DNA of 64,000 bases from Candidatus Heimdallarchaeota archaeon (lineage in GTDB: Archaea; Asgardarchaeota; Heimdallarchaeia; Heimdallarchaeales; Heimdallarchaeaceae): assembly GCA_019057375.1 (NCBI GenBank), contig DXJF01000050.1:72895-136894 (forward strand). The letters are read 5' to 3'. Within the stretch, counting starts at the first letter, position 1, and each line of letters begins with the position of its first letter. Positions 10,410 to 20,051 of the stretch are shown here, piece after piece. A program made the position numbers and the translations under genes. Below the pieces are notes generated by a model, which saw nothing but the letters and a program-made list of their open reading frames with translations, was not told the origin of the DNA and made no database searches.

Positions 10410-11582
10410 TTACTCGAAAGAATCCTTGATTTGTTGAACAGCTTTTTGGATGGTTTCTATGGATGTAGCATAACTAAATCTAAGATAACCTTCTCCACCT
10501 TCTCCAAAAGCTGATCCGGGTAAACAACATACTCCAGCTTTATACAAAATATGATCTGCCATCTCTCTAGAATTCATCCCTGTATCTTTGATATTTGGAA
10601 AAGCATAGAAAGCTCCTTGTGGATGTAAACATGTGAAGTTTGGTATACTATTTAATCCTTCAACTATCGCATTTCTTCTTTCAAGAAAAGCTTTCATCAT
10701 TTCAGTCAAAGGGTCTTGACTTCCTTTTAGAGCTGTTATACCAGCTTTCTGAACGAATGATGTTGTACAAGATAAAGCATTAATCATTAATGTACCCATT
10801 CTTCCTATTACTTCTTCAGGACCTATTACATAACCTAATCTCCATCCAGTCATAGCATATGATTTTGAGAACCCATCTAGAATTATTGTTCTCTCTTTTG
10901 ATTCATCAAGAACTGCAGGTGAATGGAATGAAGCTTCATAAAGCATCTTGGAGTAAATCTCATCTGATAAGATGAAAATATTGTTTTTGTCCGCTAGTTC
11001 TGCAACTCTGTCTATTTCCTTTTTCGTCATTACAGAACCTGTTGGGTTTTGTGGGCTATTCAGAATGATTAGCTTTGTTTTATCAGTGATTCTTTCCTCA
11101 ATATCATTGGGATTTAAACGAAATTCGTTTTCTTCTTTCAATTGAATTGGGACATCTCCAGCATTAAGATATTTAGCAACTGAACCATATGTGGGAAAAC
11201 CTGGATCTGGATATATTACCTCATCACCAGGATTAACTAACCCGAGCATTGTAAAGAAAATTCCTGGCTTAGCACCAGGTAAAATCAAAATTTGCTCAAT
11301 TGAAGGTCTAAATCCTCTAGTTTGCTCAATTTCATCTTGGATTGCTTGTTTTAGTTCTAAAATTCCAGTAGCTGATACATAACCAGTGAAATTGTTCTCA
11401 ATTGATTCATAAGCTGTATCCTTAATATTCTGAGGAGTGGGAAAATCGGGTTGTCCTATTTCGAAATGAAGTACTTCTTTTCCTTCTCTTTCCTGAGCTT
11501 GAGCTTTCGCAAGATATTCAAAAGCTCCTTCTCCTTGAATTCGATACATTCCGTTTGCCATTTCCTTCATACTATCACTCAA
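10410..11582 (-). CDS. PLP-dependent aminotransferase class I/II (aspartate aminotransferase-like)
   Basis: IGQPDF, LNSPQNPTG, SDEIY, FSKSYAMTGWRLG (PLP lysine), YLRFSY. Confidence 0.93.
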   Translation of the reverse strand: MSDSMKEMANGMYRIQGEGAFEYLAKAQAQEREGKEVLHFEIGQPDFPTPQNIKDTAYESIENNFTGYVSATGILELKQAIQDEIEQTRGFRPSIEQILILPGAKPGIFFTMLGLVNPGDEVIYPDPGFPTYGSVAKYLNAGDVPIQLKEENEFRLNPNDIEERITDKTKLIILNSPQNPTGSVMTKKEIDRVAELADKNNIFILSDEIYSKMLYEASFHSPAVLDESKERTIILDGFSKSYAMTGWRLGYVIGPEEVIGRMGTLMINALSCTTSFVQKAGITALKGSQDPLTEMMKAFLERRNAIVEGLNSIPNFTCLHPQGAFYAFPNIKDTGMNSREMADHILYKAGVCCLPGSAFGEGGEGYLRFSYATSIETIQKAVQQIKDSFE

Positions 11583-11585
11583 ATC

Positions 11586-12884
11586 TTATCTATGATGGAG
11601 TTTTCTTGCAGCAATAAAACTCAAACCTTTTTCTGTAAGAGCTTTAGCAGTGTTGTTAATAGCTGTTTGACGATCGTAATAATTTTGTTCAAGATGTCCC
11701 CATAAATTTTGTTCTGTTATCTGTTCTTTTGTAAGGAAATAATCCAGAATATCAGAAGGATGTTCCCGTGTCTGATCTATTTTCACAGGTCCTCCTTCAT
11801 GCTTAGCACTAATGTTTCTAACTTTCGGGGCAAGTTCAAGTAATTCTTGTGTTCTATCATATGGTTGTCTCACAATTGATTTCTGTGTTTCGATTATATG
11901 ATGTTCTAACCTAACAACATCTTCAAAACCAAAGTTATTTCTTATATCAGAGCTCATTTCAATTGTCCAATTATTCACTGCATTAGACAGATTGAATCCA
12001 ATCAGAGGGGAAGTACCATCATCTCTTGCGAATAATTTTGCAGTCATTAAAGTCCAAAGGACTGAATAGGGGTTATCATTTCCCATATATACAGAAATCT
12101 TAAACTCATTATTTATTCCGAGCTTGTGTAGCATGTATCCTAAGATTACAGTACCAGGATTTATATTCAAAACTTGCTTAATACCATAGTTGGTATAGTA
12201 ATAGAGAAACTCGTCTACCCATTTTAAAGCCAACTCATTTCCCATTCCCACTCCTCCAAAATATCCAGTTATCGTATCAGGCCCTCCTAAATGTATATTC
12301 ATAGGCAATCCATCTGGTCCAGGCATTGTTCCTTTTGTATCTAAAGTTTCTACAATTGATGCACCAATTATATTTACAGCTGCTTGCATTGCCAAGAGAT
12401 CCCCATCTTTTTCTTGCTCTTTCATATATCTGACACGGATTATCCTTCCTGGTAAAAGATCTTGTTTAGGAATGGCCTTTTGTGCACTTTTAATTAGAAA
12501 CGGGAAGTATTGGCATGCTGAAAGCTCCAAAGTCACAGCAAAAGAATCATCAAACTTGATTCTATCAACCGCATTTCCTAAGATTTTTCTTCGATAATTA
12601 TCAACGCTAATAAAAACTTCATTATCTCTCTGTTTTGTTAACCACTCAAGATCGTCAATATATTCTGGTTTGACTGTTTCGAGTTTTTTATAGATGGTTT
12701 CAATTTTACTTGATTCTTTGAATTTGTTATTAATTTCATCTACTCCTCCATATTTATCTATTAACTGGAGAATGTCATTAACAAAGGGGTTGTTTTCATC
12801 AATTAAGAATTTTTGAATCTCATCTATATTCTCTTTAGAAATGCTCAATCTATTTCTTATATTTTCCATATAATATTCCTCCAT
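11586..12884 (-). CDS. Uncharacterised enzyme-like protein
   Basis: 432 aa with conserved-looking segments (ETLDTKGT, NIHLGGPDTITGYFGG, RLEHHIIET, SAKHEGG); 3 nt from the aminotransferase start. Confidence 0.8.
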   Translation of the reverse strand: MEEYYMENIRNRLSISKENIDEIQKFLIDENNPFVNDILQLIDKYGGVDEINNKFKESSKIETIYKKLETVKPEYIDDLEWLTKQRDNEVFISVDNYRRKILGNAVDRIKFDDSFAVTLELSACQYFPFLIKSAQKAIPKQDLLPGRIIRVRYMKEQEKDGDLLAMQAAVNIIGASIVETLDTKGTMPGPDGLPMNIHLGGPDTITGYFGGVGMGNELALKWVDEFLYYYTNYGIKQVLNINPGTVILGYMLHKLGINNEFKISVYMGNDNPYSVLWTLMTAKLFARDDGTSPLIGFNLSNAVNNWTIEMSSDIRNNFGFEDVVRLEHHIIETQKSIVRQPYDRTQELLELAPKVRNISAKHEGGPVKIDQTREHPSDILDYFLTKEQITEQNLWGHLEQNYYDRQTAINNTAKALTEKGLSFIAARKLHHR

Positions 12885-12955
12885 GAGAGTTCAGGAATTT
12901 TTCACTCATGTTGATTATCCTAGTGAAAATATATACAATTTTAAATATATCTCTA

Positions 12956-13810
12956 TCAATATTTGATATTATGTTTGGATTTTATTCTTTCTAGAGCTTC
13001 CTTTGCACTTTCACTAACGAATCTATTATCATCTTCTATCAAATTCTCTAAAATATTGATTACAAATATATCCTTAGAATGGCCTAAAGCAGATGTAGCA
13101 CATTTTCTGATAAACCAATTTTCACCCTTTAAAGCTTGTTTAAGAAGTAATAGTCCTTCGTCACCTCCAATCTTTCCAATTGCTGATGCAGCTTGTTCTT
13201 TTACATCTTGAAAATTATCATTCATCAAGAGGTTAAAGAGAAGCTTAATAGATATATCACTTCGAATTTCACCCAGAATCCAAGCAATTTTAGATCTAAC
13301 ATCCTTGTCAGGATCATTTAAGAAGTATTCTAGAAGCTGCACATCAAGATGTTCTTGTTCTAGCAGCTTTTCCCACTTCTCCTTGGCAATAAGAGATAAA
13401 GCTTCTTCTTTCTGACTAGAAGGAACCCAGCCCAAATGTTCCAACACTACAATTGACTCAGATCTTACTTCCCAACTGGTATCTTCTAATTTGTTTACTA
13501 GGGAAGGAATAGCATCAAAAGCCATCATATCTCCTAATGATCTGGTAGCATTTTTCCTTACTTCTGGTTCTTCATCATTTAAAGCAAGAATCAAAGGATT
13601 GATTGTTCTCTCATCCGCTATTTTACCTAGAGCCCAAGCGATACGGCTCCTTACTGGTGCAACATCTTCCTTGAGCATTTTTATAAGAACAGAAACTGTT
13701 TGCTTTTTGCCAGGATTATCAACAATGGAATTAATTGTAAAAACACGAACATGAAGATCTTCATCCTTTAAACTTTCAAGCAAAGATTCTACATCATCAT
13801 CTTCAATCAT
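12956..13810 (-). CDS. HEAT/PBS-lyase repeat protein
   Basis: Repeats such as LNDEEPEVRKNATRSLG, LNDPDKDVRSKIAWILG, VKEQAASAIGKIG. Confidence 0.88.
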   Translation of the reverse strand: MIEDDDVESLLESLKDEDLHVRVFTINSIVDNPGKKQTVSVLIKMLKEDVAPVRSRIAWALGKIADERTINPLILALNDEEPEVRKNATRSLGDMMAFDAIPSLVNKLEDTSWEVRSESIVVLEHLGWVPSSQKEEALSLIAKEKWEKLLEQEHLDVQLLEYFLNDPDKDVRSKIAWILGEIRSDISIKLLFNLLMNDNFQDVKEQAASAIGKIGGDEGLLLLKQALKGENWFIRKCATSALGHSKDIFVINILENLIEDDNRFVSESAKEALERIKSKHNIKY

Positions 13811-13838
13811 CTGTTTTCCACTCTCTGACAGAAATTAA

Positions 13839-14144
13839 TCACTCTATGCATTCCCATGAATCTACCAGAAGCTGATATTCCTGATATGTTTCATCATCTA
13901 TTTTTTGCGGTCTTTTGGAGCTTCCTTTAGTAAGAATTACTTCTCCATTAATTTTCATTTTTCCTCTGCATGAAATTGGTTCTCTAGAATAAATAACGAT
14001 TTGTTCTCCGTTTTCTAAATCAAAATAATTTATATGGTCCCTATCACTAACAAATTGAATTAAATGCTGCCATGGGATTTTTGATATATTCCCAGTTAGA
14101 GTTATTTCTTCTCCTACAGATTCTGTAAAATTATATCTCAACAA
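13839..14144 (-). CDS. Small hypothetical protein (beta-rich, possibly OB-fold)
   Basis: 101-aa ORF co-directional with the HEAT gene, alternating hydrophobic pattern; fold is a guess. Confidence 0.6.
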   Translation of the reverse strand: MLRYNFTESVGEEITLTGNISKIPWQHLIQFVSDRDHINYFDLENGEQIVIYSREPISCRGKMKINGEVILTKGSSKRPQKIDDETYQEYQLLVDSWECIE

Positions 14145-14248
14145 TCATCAACTTTTATGTTATAAGTTAAAACTTAGAAGTATTTTTGTTTTTCCTTAAG
14201 AAAAAACAATTATAGCTCTTTGAATATATGTAATAGGAGGTTGTTCGA

Positions 14249-17200
14249 ATGGTGAAATCTAATAAAGATGAAAAAGATGAATTTTCACCTGATGTAATCA
14301 GAGTATTGCATATTGATGACGAAGAAGATTTTCTTTTCTTAACAAAGGAATTTATTGAAAAAATGAGTGAAGGAGAGATACAAGTAGAATCTTTAAGGAT
14401 TCCCATAGAGGCTTTTGAGAGAATAAAAGATGATAACATTGACATCATAGTCTGCGATTATCTGATGGAGGATCTGAATGGGCTAGATTTGTTGAAGCAA
14501 ATAAAGCAAAAAGAGCTTCAAATACCTTTCATAATCTTTACAGGTAGAGGAAGAGAAGAAGTTGTAATTGATGCTCTTAACCTCGGAGCAGATTATTACA
14601 TCAGAAAAGGTTCAGATGCAAGAAGTCAATATACTGAACTTGTACATCAAATTCGTACAGTTCTTAGACATAAGAAAGCTGAACAAGCTCTAACTGAAAG
14701 TGAAAGAACTATCAGAAGAGAGAGGGACCTTACTCAACATTATCTGAACGAAGCAAATGTCATGTTTGTAATCGTAAATGAGAATGAGATCGTTGAATTA
14801 ATGAACAAAGAAGTAACCTACGTATTAGGTTATACTGAAAAGGATTTAATAGGTAAAAACTGGTTCACAACTGCTTATTCATCAGAATATGTAGATGAAT
14901 TAAGGTTCAGTTTTCAACAAGTTATTGTAGGTATGCAAAAACCAACCCCATATTTTGAGATTGAAATGGAAACAAAAAATGGAGATAAAAGAATAATTGC
15001 TTGGCGTAATACAACTATAAAAGATGAAAATGATAAAGTGATTAAAATATTGGGAGTAGGAGATGACATTACTCAAAGGAAGGAAATAGAAGCAGCTTTG
15101 CAACAAAGTGAAGAAAAGTATCGAAAGTTAGTGGATACATCCCCTGATTCTATTGTTCTAGCAGACTTAACAGGTATTATTACATTAGCTAATCCACAAG
15201 CTGCAATCATGCACGGAGTAGACAAACCTGAAGAATTAATTGGACGTTCAATGCTGGAGTTTACTGCTCCTGAAGATCATGAAAAGGTAATGAGGGGGAT
15301 GAAAAAACAAACGTTTTCAACACAAAAAGGATATGTTGAATATACAATGCTTAAAAAGAATGGTGAAAGTTTTCCTGTTGAACTTAATGCTGTAGTCATT
15401 ACTGACAAGTCAAATAAACCAATAGCAATGATGGCCATAGGCAGAGATTTAACCCAAAGGATAAAAGCTGAAGAAGCCTTGAAGGAAAGTGAAGAAAAAT
15501 ATCGAGGTTTTGTACAGAACTTTGATGGGATAGCTTTTAGAGGTTCAATTAATTTTAAACCATTCTTTTTCCATGGGGCAGTAGAACAAATAACTGGTTA
15601 TACAGAAGACGATTTCGTTATAGGTGAATTAACTTGGGACAAGCTAGTATTACAAGAGGATATTGAACAATTACTAGCAATTAATGAAGATCTGGAAAAT
15701 ACACCAGGATTTAGCAATGTGATGGAATATAGGATACGAAATAAGACTGGTGAGATAAGATGGATAAGACAACATATCCAAAACATAGGCTCGAAGGAAG
15801 GAGAATCATTTATTGTTCAAGGTAGCTTATATGATATAACAGAAAAGAAATTGTTTGAAGTGAATCTACGAGAAAGTGAAAACAAATTTAAGAGCTTGTT
15901 TGAAGGGATTCCTGATGCGGTATTTGTAGCAGATCCTGAAACTCAAGCAATTATTGATTGTAACAAGCAAGCAGAAATGCTCCTAGGATGTCCAAGAGAG
16001 AAAATAATAACTATGAATGCATTAGAACTACATCCAGAGGACCAAAGAGAAGCAATCAATCAAAATTTTAGAAGACATGCTCAAGGACATGAGGAAATTA
16101 TAGAAAATGAAGTATTAACATGTAACAATAAGAGAATCCCGGTCAGTATTAATGCAAATTTAATTACAATCAAAGGGAAGAAGTATTTACAAGGGATTTT
16201 CAGAAACATAACACACAGAAAAGAAGTGGAAGAAAAACAAAGAGAATCTGAAAAACTTTACAAGATTACTTTTGAAAGCACTGGAACAGCAAATTTGATT
16301 GCTAAAAGTGATAAAACTATAAATCTAGTGAATTCGAGATTTGAAGAATTAACTGGTTTAAAGAAAACTGAAATTGAAAACAAAATGAAATGGTCAGATT
16401 TTATTTCAGAGGAAGAAACGACAAGATTTGAAAAAATTCAAGAATTACACTTCCAAGACCCTACTCTAGCTCCAGATTATTTTGAAACTTCCATAATCCT
16501 AAAAGATGGAACTAGCATAAATGTATATCTAACTGTAAAAACCATTCCAGAGAGTACGGATTTCATCATTACTCTAATCGATATTTCGCAAATGAAAAGA
16601 GCTGAAGAACAACTCAAAGAATCTGAAGCTCTTTATAGAACACTTTTCGAAGCCACAGGTACAGCAAATGCTATCGCTAGAGCAGACTCTATAGTAGAAA
16701 AAATGAATGATCGTTTAGCAGATATATCTGGCTATTCTAAAGAGGAAGTTGAAGGAAAACTTTCATGGCACACTTTTGTTGATGAATCTGAATTAGAGAG
16801 ATTGATGGAATATAATAGAAAAAGAATGATAGACCCTACTAGTGTTCCAACAAGTTATGAAGCTAAGCTTAAGGATAAAAACGGAAATATCGTTCCTTGT
16901 TTGATTCATGTTGGTGTAATTCCTAGTACTGAGAAATTTATAATTTCATTGATTGACATTTCAGAGACTAAAGAAGCTGAGAATGAATTATTGAAATCAG
17001 CTGAATTATACAAAACAATATTCGAAGCTACTGGAACTGCTAATATGATTGTAGGACCTGGTAGAACTATAAAACAAGTTAACTCTAAACTTGAAGAAGT
17101 TTCAGGATATTTGAGGGGCGATTTAATTGGCAGGAATTGGAGTGAGTTTGCCCCTGAATCTGAAATGGATAATTTGCTGGATTTCAGCAGAGCTAGGAAA

Positions 17201-18382
17201 ACAGACCCCAGTAATCTACCAGCATTTTATGAAACAAAATTTGTTAATAGAAAAGGTAATGTAAGAAACACAATAGTTAACCTAACCCCCATTCCACTTT
17301 CGGAGGATTACATAGTATCTTTATTTGATATTACTGATATGAAACTGGCTGAAGAAGAACTAAAGCAGTCGGAAATTATGTACAGAGATTTATTTGAGAG
17401 CACTGGTATGGCTAATGTCATTTATAACTTGGAAGCAAGTATTGTTTTGGTTAATTCAAGAATGGAAGATCTATCAGGTTATACAAAGGAAGAATTAGAA
17501 GGACGAAAATGGATAGAGTTTATTCCACAACCTGAACTTAATCTAATGTTAGAATATAACAGAAAGAGAATGCTACAACCTGAAAGTGTTCCAGAACAAT
17601 ATGAAACACGTTTCATAACAAAGGAAGGAACACCAAAAACCATAGTAATCAGTGTTAACCCTCTACCTAATTCAACGAATATTCTAGCCTCAGTTTTTGA
17701 TATTTCTGATAGAAGAAAAATTGTAGATACTCTCACTAGACAGAAAAAAGAGCTTAGTAATTTTGTACACTTGATGGGTCATGATATAAGGAACTGCCTT
17801 TCATCAATTGAGGGATATACAGATTTACTTGAAGAAAATGAGCAAGAAAAAGAATTAGTTCTTAAAAAGATAAATAATCAAACTGATTACCTCCAAAAAC
17901 TCTTAAACAGGTCTATTGAACTTGCAGATGCAGGACAAACTGTAGAGAAATCTGAAAAAGTAAATCTGAATAAGCTCGTAGAAACCATAGGAGCAATAAC
18001 AATTCCACAAAATATTAAGCTCAGTCATGATCCTCTTGTAGCTGTCAGAGCAGATAAAGAGAAACTATCACAGATTTTCAAAAATCTTTTCGAAAATGCT
18101 GTTATTCACGGAAAACCCAGTCAAATAGATGTGACAAGTAAATTGTTAGATAATGAAATAGTTTTAACTATAGAAAATGATGGACTACAAATAGAAGCTA
18201 AAACTGTGGAAGAAGCTTTTGAATCAACATTCACAACAAAAGAAAAAGAATCGATTCATGGTTTAACTATTGTCAAGAAGCTAGTGGATGCTCATGGATG
18301 GAAAATAAGATTAGCTGATAAGCAAGAAAAAGCATGTTTTGAAATACTAATTCCAAAAGAAGATGTCACAGAAATTTTCTGA
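14249..18382 (+). CDS. Hybrid sensor: receiver + 8 PAS domains + HisKA/HATPase
   Basis: REC (HIDDEE, VCDYLM, FTGRG); eight PAS-linker starts (e.g. SEEKYRKLV, SENKFKSLF, SEALYRTLF); H-box GHDIRN; N-box NLFENA; SD AGGAGG. Confidence 0.92.
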   Translation: MVKSNKDEKDEFSPDVIRVLHIDDEEDFLFLTKEFIEKMSEGEIQVESLRIPIEAFERIKDDNIDIIVCDYLMEDLNGLDLLKQIKQKELQIPFIIFTGRGREEVVIDALNLGADYYIRKGSDARSQYTELVHQIRTVLRHKKAEQALTESERTIRRERDLTQHYLNEANVMFVIVNENEIVELMNKEVTYVLGYTEKDLIGKNWFTTAYSSEYVDELRFSFQQVIVGMQKPTPYFEIEMETKNGDKRIIAWRNTTIKDENDKVIKILGVGDDITQRKEIEAALQQSEEKYRKLVDTSPDSIVLADLTGIITLANPQAAIMHGVDKPEELIGRSMLEFTAPEDHEKVMRGMKKQTFSTQKGYVEYTMLKKNGESFPVELNAVVITDKSNKPIAMMAIGRDLTQRIKAEEALKESEEKYRGFVQNFDGIAFRGSINFKPFFFHGAVEQITGYTEDDFVIGELTWDKLVLQEDIEQLLAINEDLENTPGFSNVMEYRIRNKTGEIRWIRQHIQNIGSKEGESFIVQGSLYDITEKKLFEVNLRESENKFKSLFEGIPDAVFVADPETQAIIDCNKQAEMLLGCPREKIITMNALELHPEDQREAINQNFRRHAQGHEEIIENEVLTCNNKRIPVSINANLITIKGKKYLQGIFRNITHRKEVEEKQRESEKLYKITFESTGTANLIAKSDKTINLVNSRFEELTGLKKTEIENKMKWSDFISEEETTRFEKIQELHFQDPTLAPDYFETSIILKDGTSINVYLTVKTIPESTDFIITLIDISQMKRAEEQLKESEALYRTLFEATGTANAIARADSIVEKMNDRLADISGYSKEEVEGKLSWHTFVDESELERLMEYNRKRMIDPTSVPTSYEAKLKDKNGNIVPCLIHVGVIPSTEKFIISLIDISETKEAENELLKSAELYKTIFEATGTANMIVGPGRTIKQVNSKLEEVSGYLRGDLIGRNWSEFAPESEMDNLLDFSRARKTDPSNLPAFYETKFVNRKGNVRNTIVNLTPIPLSEDYIVSLFDITDMKLAEEELKQSEIMYRDLFESTGMANVIYNLEASIVLVNSRMEDLSGYTKEELEGRKWIEFIPQPELNLMLEYNRKRMLQPESVPEQYETRFITKEGTPKTIVISVNPLPNSTNILASVFDISDRRKIVDTLTRQKKELSNFVHLMGHDIRNCLSSIEGYTDLLEENEQEKELVLKKINNQTDYLQKLLNRSIELADAGQTVEKSEKVNLNKLVETIGAITIPQNIKLSHDPLVAVRADKEKLSQIFKNLFENAVIHGKPSQIDVTSKLLDNEIVLTIENDGLQIEAKTVEEAFESTFTTKEKESIHGLTIVKKLVDAHGWKIRLADKQEKACFEILIPKEDVTEIF
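16243..17720 (+). repeat. Four tandem paralogous PAS units, period about 375 bp
   Basis: Unit starts near 16243, 16618, 16993 and 17365 share YxxxFE(S/A)TGxAN at protein and DNA level. Confidence 0.8.
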
Positions 18383-18471
18383 TTTTCTTCAATCTCAGTT
18401 TCCTTTTAAAACTTCGCATGAAAAATTCTTCAGCTAGGTATCCTTTTATGCTTCGATATTGACTTCAAATC

Positions 18472-19395
18472 ATGACCATACGAATTGTTACTGATAGTGC
18501 TTCAGACCTTTCATGGGATTTTGCAAGAGAAAATAATATCAAAATTGTACCACTTTATATGATGGTACATGACGAAGTGCTCAAAGAAGATGAAAATTTC
18601 GATAGGGATAGTTACTACCAACTCTTCGAAGACGAAAAGGCTTTTCTTCACATACCTAAATTAAATTTGCATTCCTTTGTTCCTAGTACTTCCCAACCTA
18701 ATCCTCAAGATTTTGAGAAAGCATATCAAGAGCAGATTGACGAAGGTGCCAAAGAAATACTAGTAATTAATGTTACAGCTGGATTATCAGGAACTACCAA
18801 CAGTTCAAATTTAGCAGCTAAAAAGGTTATGAGAAAACAATCTGATATCAAAATATACATTATTGATGCTAAGTCTGCATCTTATCCTGAAGTTATTTTA
18901 ATAAGAATGGCGCTAAAGTTAATTAAACAGAAAAAATATACAGGAGAGCAAATTACAGAAATTCTCAGAGAACAAGCAATAAAGATTCGTACAATCATTC
19001 TACTTCCAACAATAAGATATCTCTGGAAAGGTGGAAGACTAGGAAGATTTGGAACAGCTAAATTTGCACTAGGGTCTTTATTGAAAAAGAAACCCATAGT
19101 AACAATGAATGAAGAGGGATTCGTTGAAACTGCAGGATCTGCTACTGATGTTGAAGAAGGACTGAAAGAGTCATTAAGACTTAGTCTTGAGAACGCACCA
19201 AAAGAACCTAAAGCTTTTACTATCGTTTATGGTAGTAGGAAGGACTATGCTGAGAATCTTGCTAATCTAATAAAAGAAAAGTATCCTAAGATTGAAATTG
19301 AAATTGGTCAGAGTGGAGGTTCAGTTCTTTCGCATTTAGGACCTGAATCTATTGGGTTAATAACTGATTACACTGATGATGAACACTGGAAATAA
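18472..19395 (+). CDS. DegV family fatty-acid-binding protein
   Basis: IVTDSASDL, STSQPNP, LSGTTNS, YLWKGGR, HLGP. Confidence 0.92.
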   Translation: MTIRIVTDSASDLSWDFARENNIKIVPLYMMVHDEVLKEDENFDRDSYYQLFEDEKAFLHIPKLNLHSFVPSTSQPNPQDFEKAYQEQIDEGAKEILVINVTAGLSGTTNSSNLAAKKVMRKQSDIKIYIIDAKSASYPEVILIRMALKLIKQKKYTGEQITEILREQAIKIRTIILLPTIRYLWKGGRLGRFGTAKFALGSLLKKKPIVTMNEEGFVETAGSATDVEEGLKESLRLSLENAPKEPKAFTIVYGSRKDYAENLANLIKEKYPKIEIEIGQSGGSVLSHLGPESIGLITDYTDDEHWK

Positions 19396-19497
19396 GTGAG
19401 AAACCATTCCACACGAAGTATAGGTAAGATCTTCTTGGAAAGGGTTCATTCCGAAAAGGAATCATCTAATAAGGTAGGATAGGGTTAAACATTCACT

Positions 19498-20016
19498 CTA
19501 CCTTCTAACAAGGTCTAAATTCTCTTCTGCTTTCTTTTTCTTTGCATATTTCAAATAGTATCTTATTCCTAAAATTAGAAAACCAACTATGAACATGATT
19601 CCTAGAATTAGATAATCAGTTCTTGAAGACATAATATTATACAATATCCCGTTTTTCTGCGAAAATGGATAGAAGAACATTATCTCAGGATAAAGGATTG
19701 CATCAAAAAAAACATGAGAAAACAAACCTATAATACTTGATATAAGAGACAGATAAATATTATATTTTGGGAGATATCTATCTAGTTTCAAAAATCTGTA
19801 GCATAACCAACTTATGATTGATGCAGGTATAAAGAAAACAATTACACCAAGAGTACTATGCATAATTCCATGCATTCTCCCTATACCAGTTATAAGATAA
19901 AAAATTGGTTCAAGATCAATAATTACAGTTCCAATCAATAGTGCAATTGGATCCAAAAATGGCAATATACTAAAAAGAAAGATTCCAAAACCTAAATGCA
20001 TTGGAGTAAAAGGCAT
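19498..20016 (-). CDS. Membrane protein, DUF4184 / metal-dependent hydrolase-like
   Basis: MPFTPMHL start, IDLEP, HGIMHS, SHVFFDA. Confidence 0.7.
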   Translation of the reverse strand: MPFTPMHLGFGIFLFSILPFLDPIALLIGTVIIDLEPIFYLITGIGRMHGIMHSTLGVIVFFIPASIISWLCYRFLKLDRYLPKYNIYLSLISSIIGLFSHVFFDAILYPEIMFFYPFSQKNGILYNIMSSRTDYLILGIMFIVGFLILGIRYYLKYAKKKKAEENLDLVRR

Positions 20017-20051
20017 CTTGGTTTAATAGCTGTAATCAGCTTATATATCTT

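Noticed and set aside
14167-14448. Minus-strand 93-aa ORF and similar short antisense ORFs inside the large kinase
   Set aside because: Antisense shadows of the well-supported plus-strand gene
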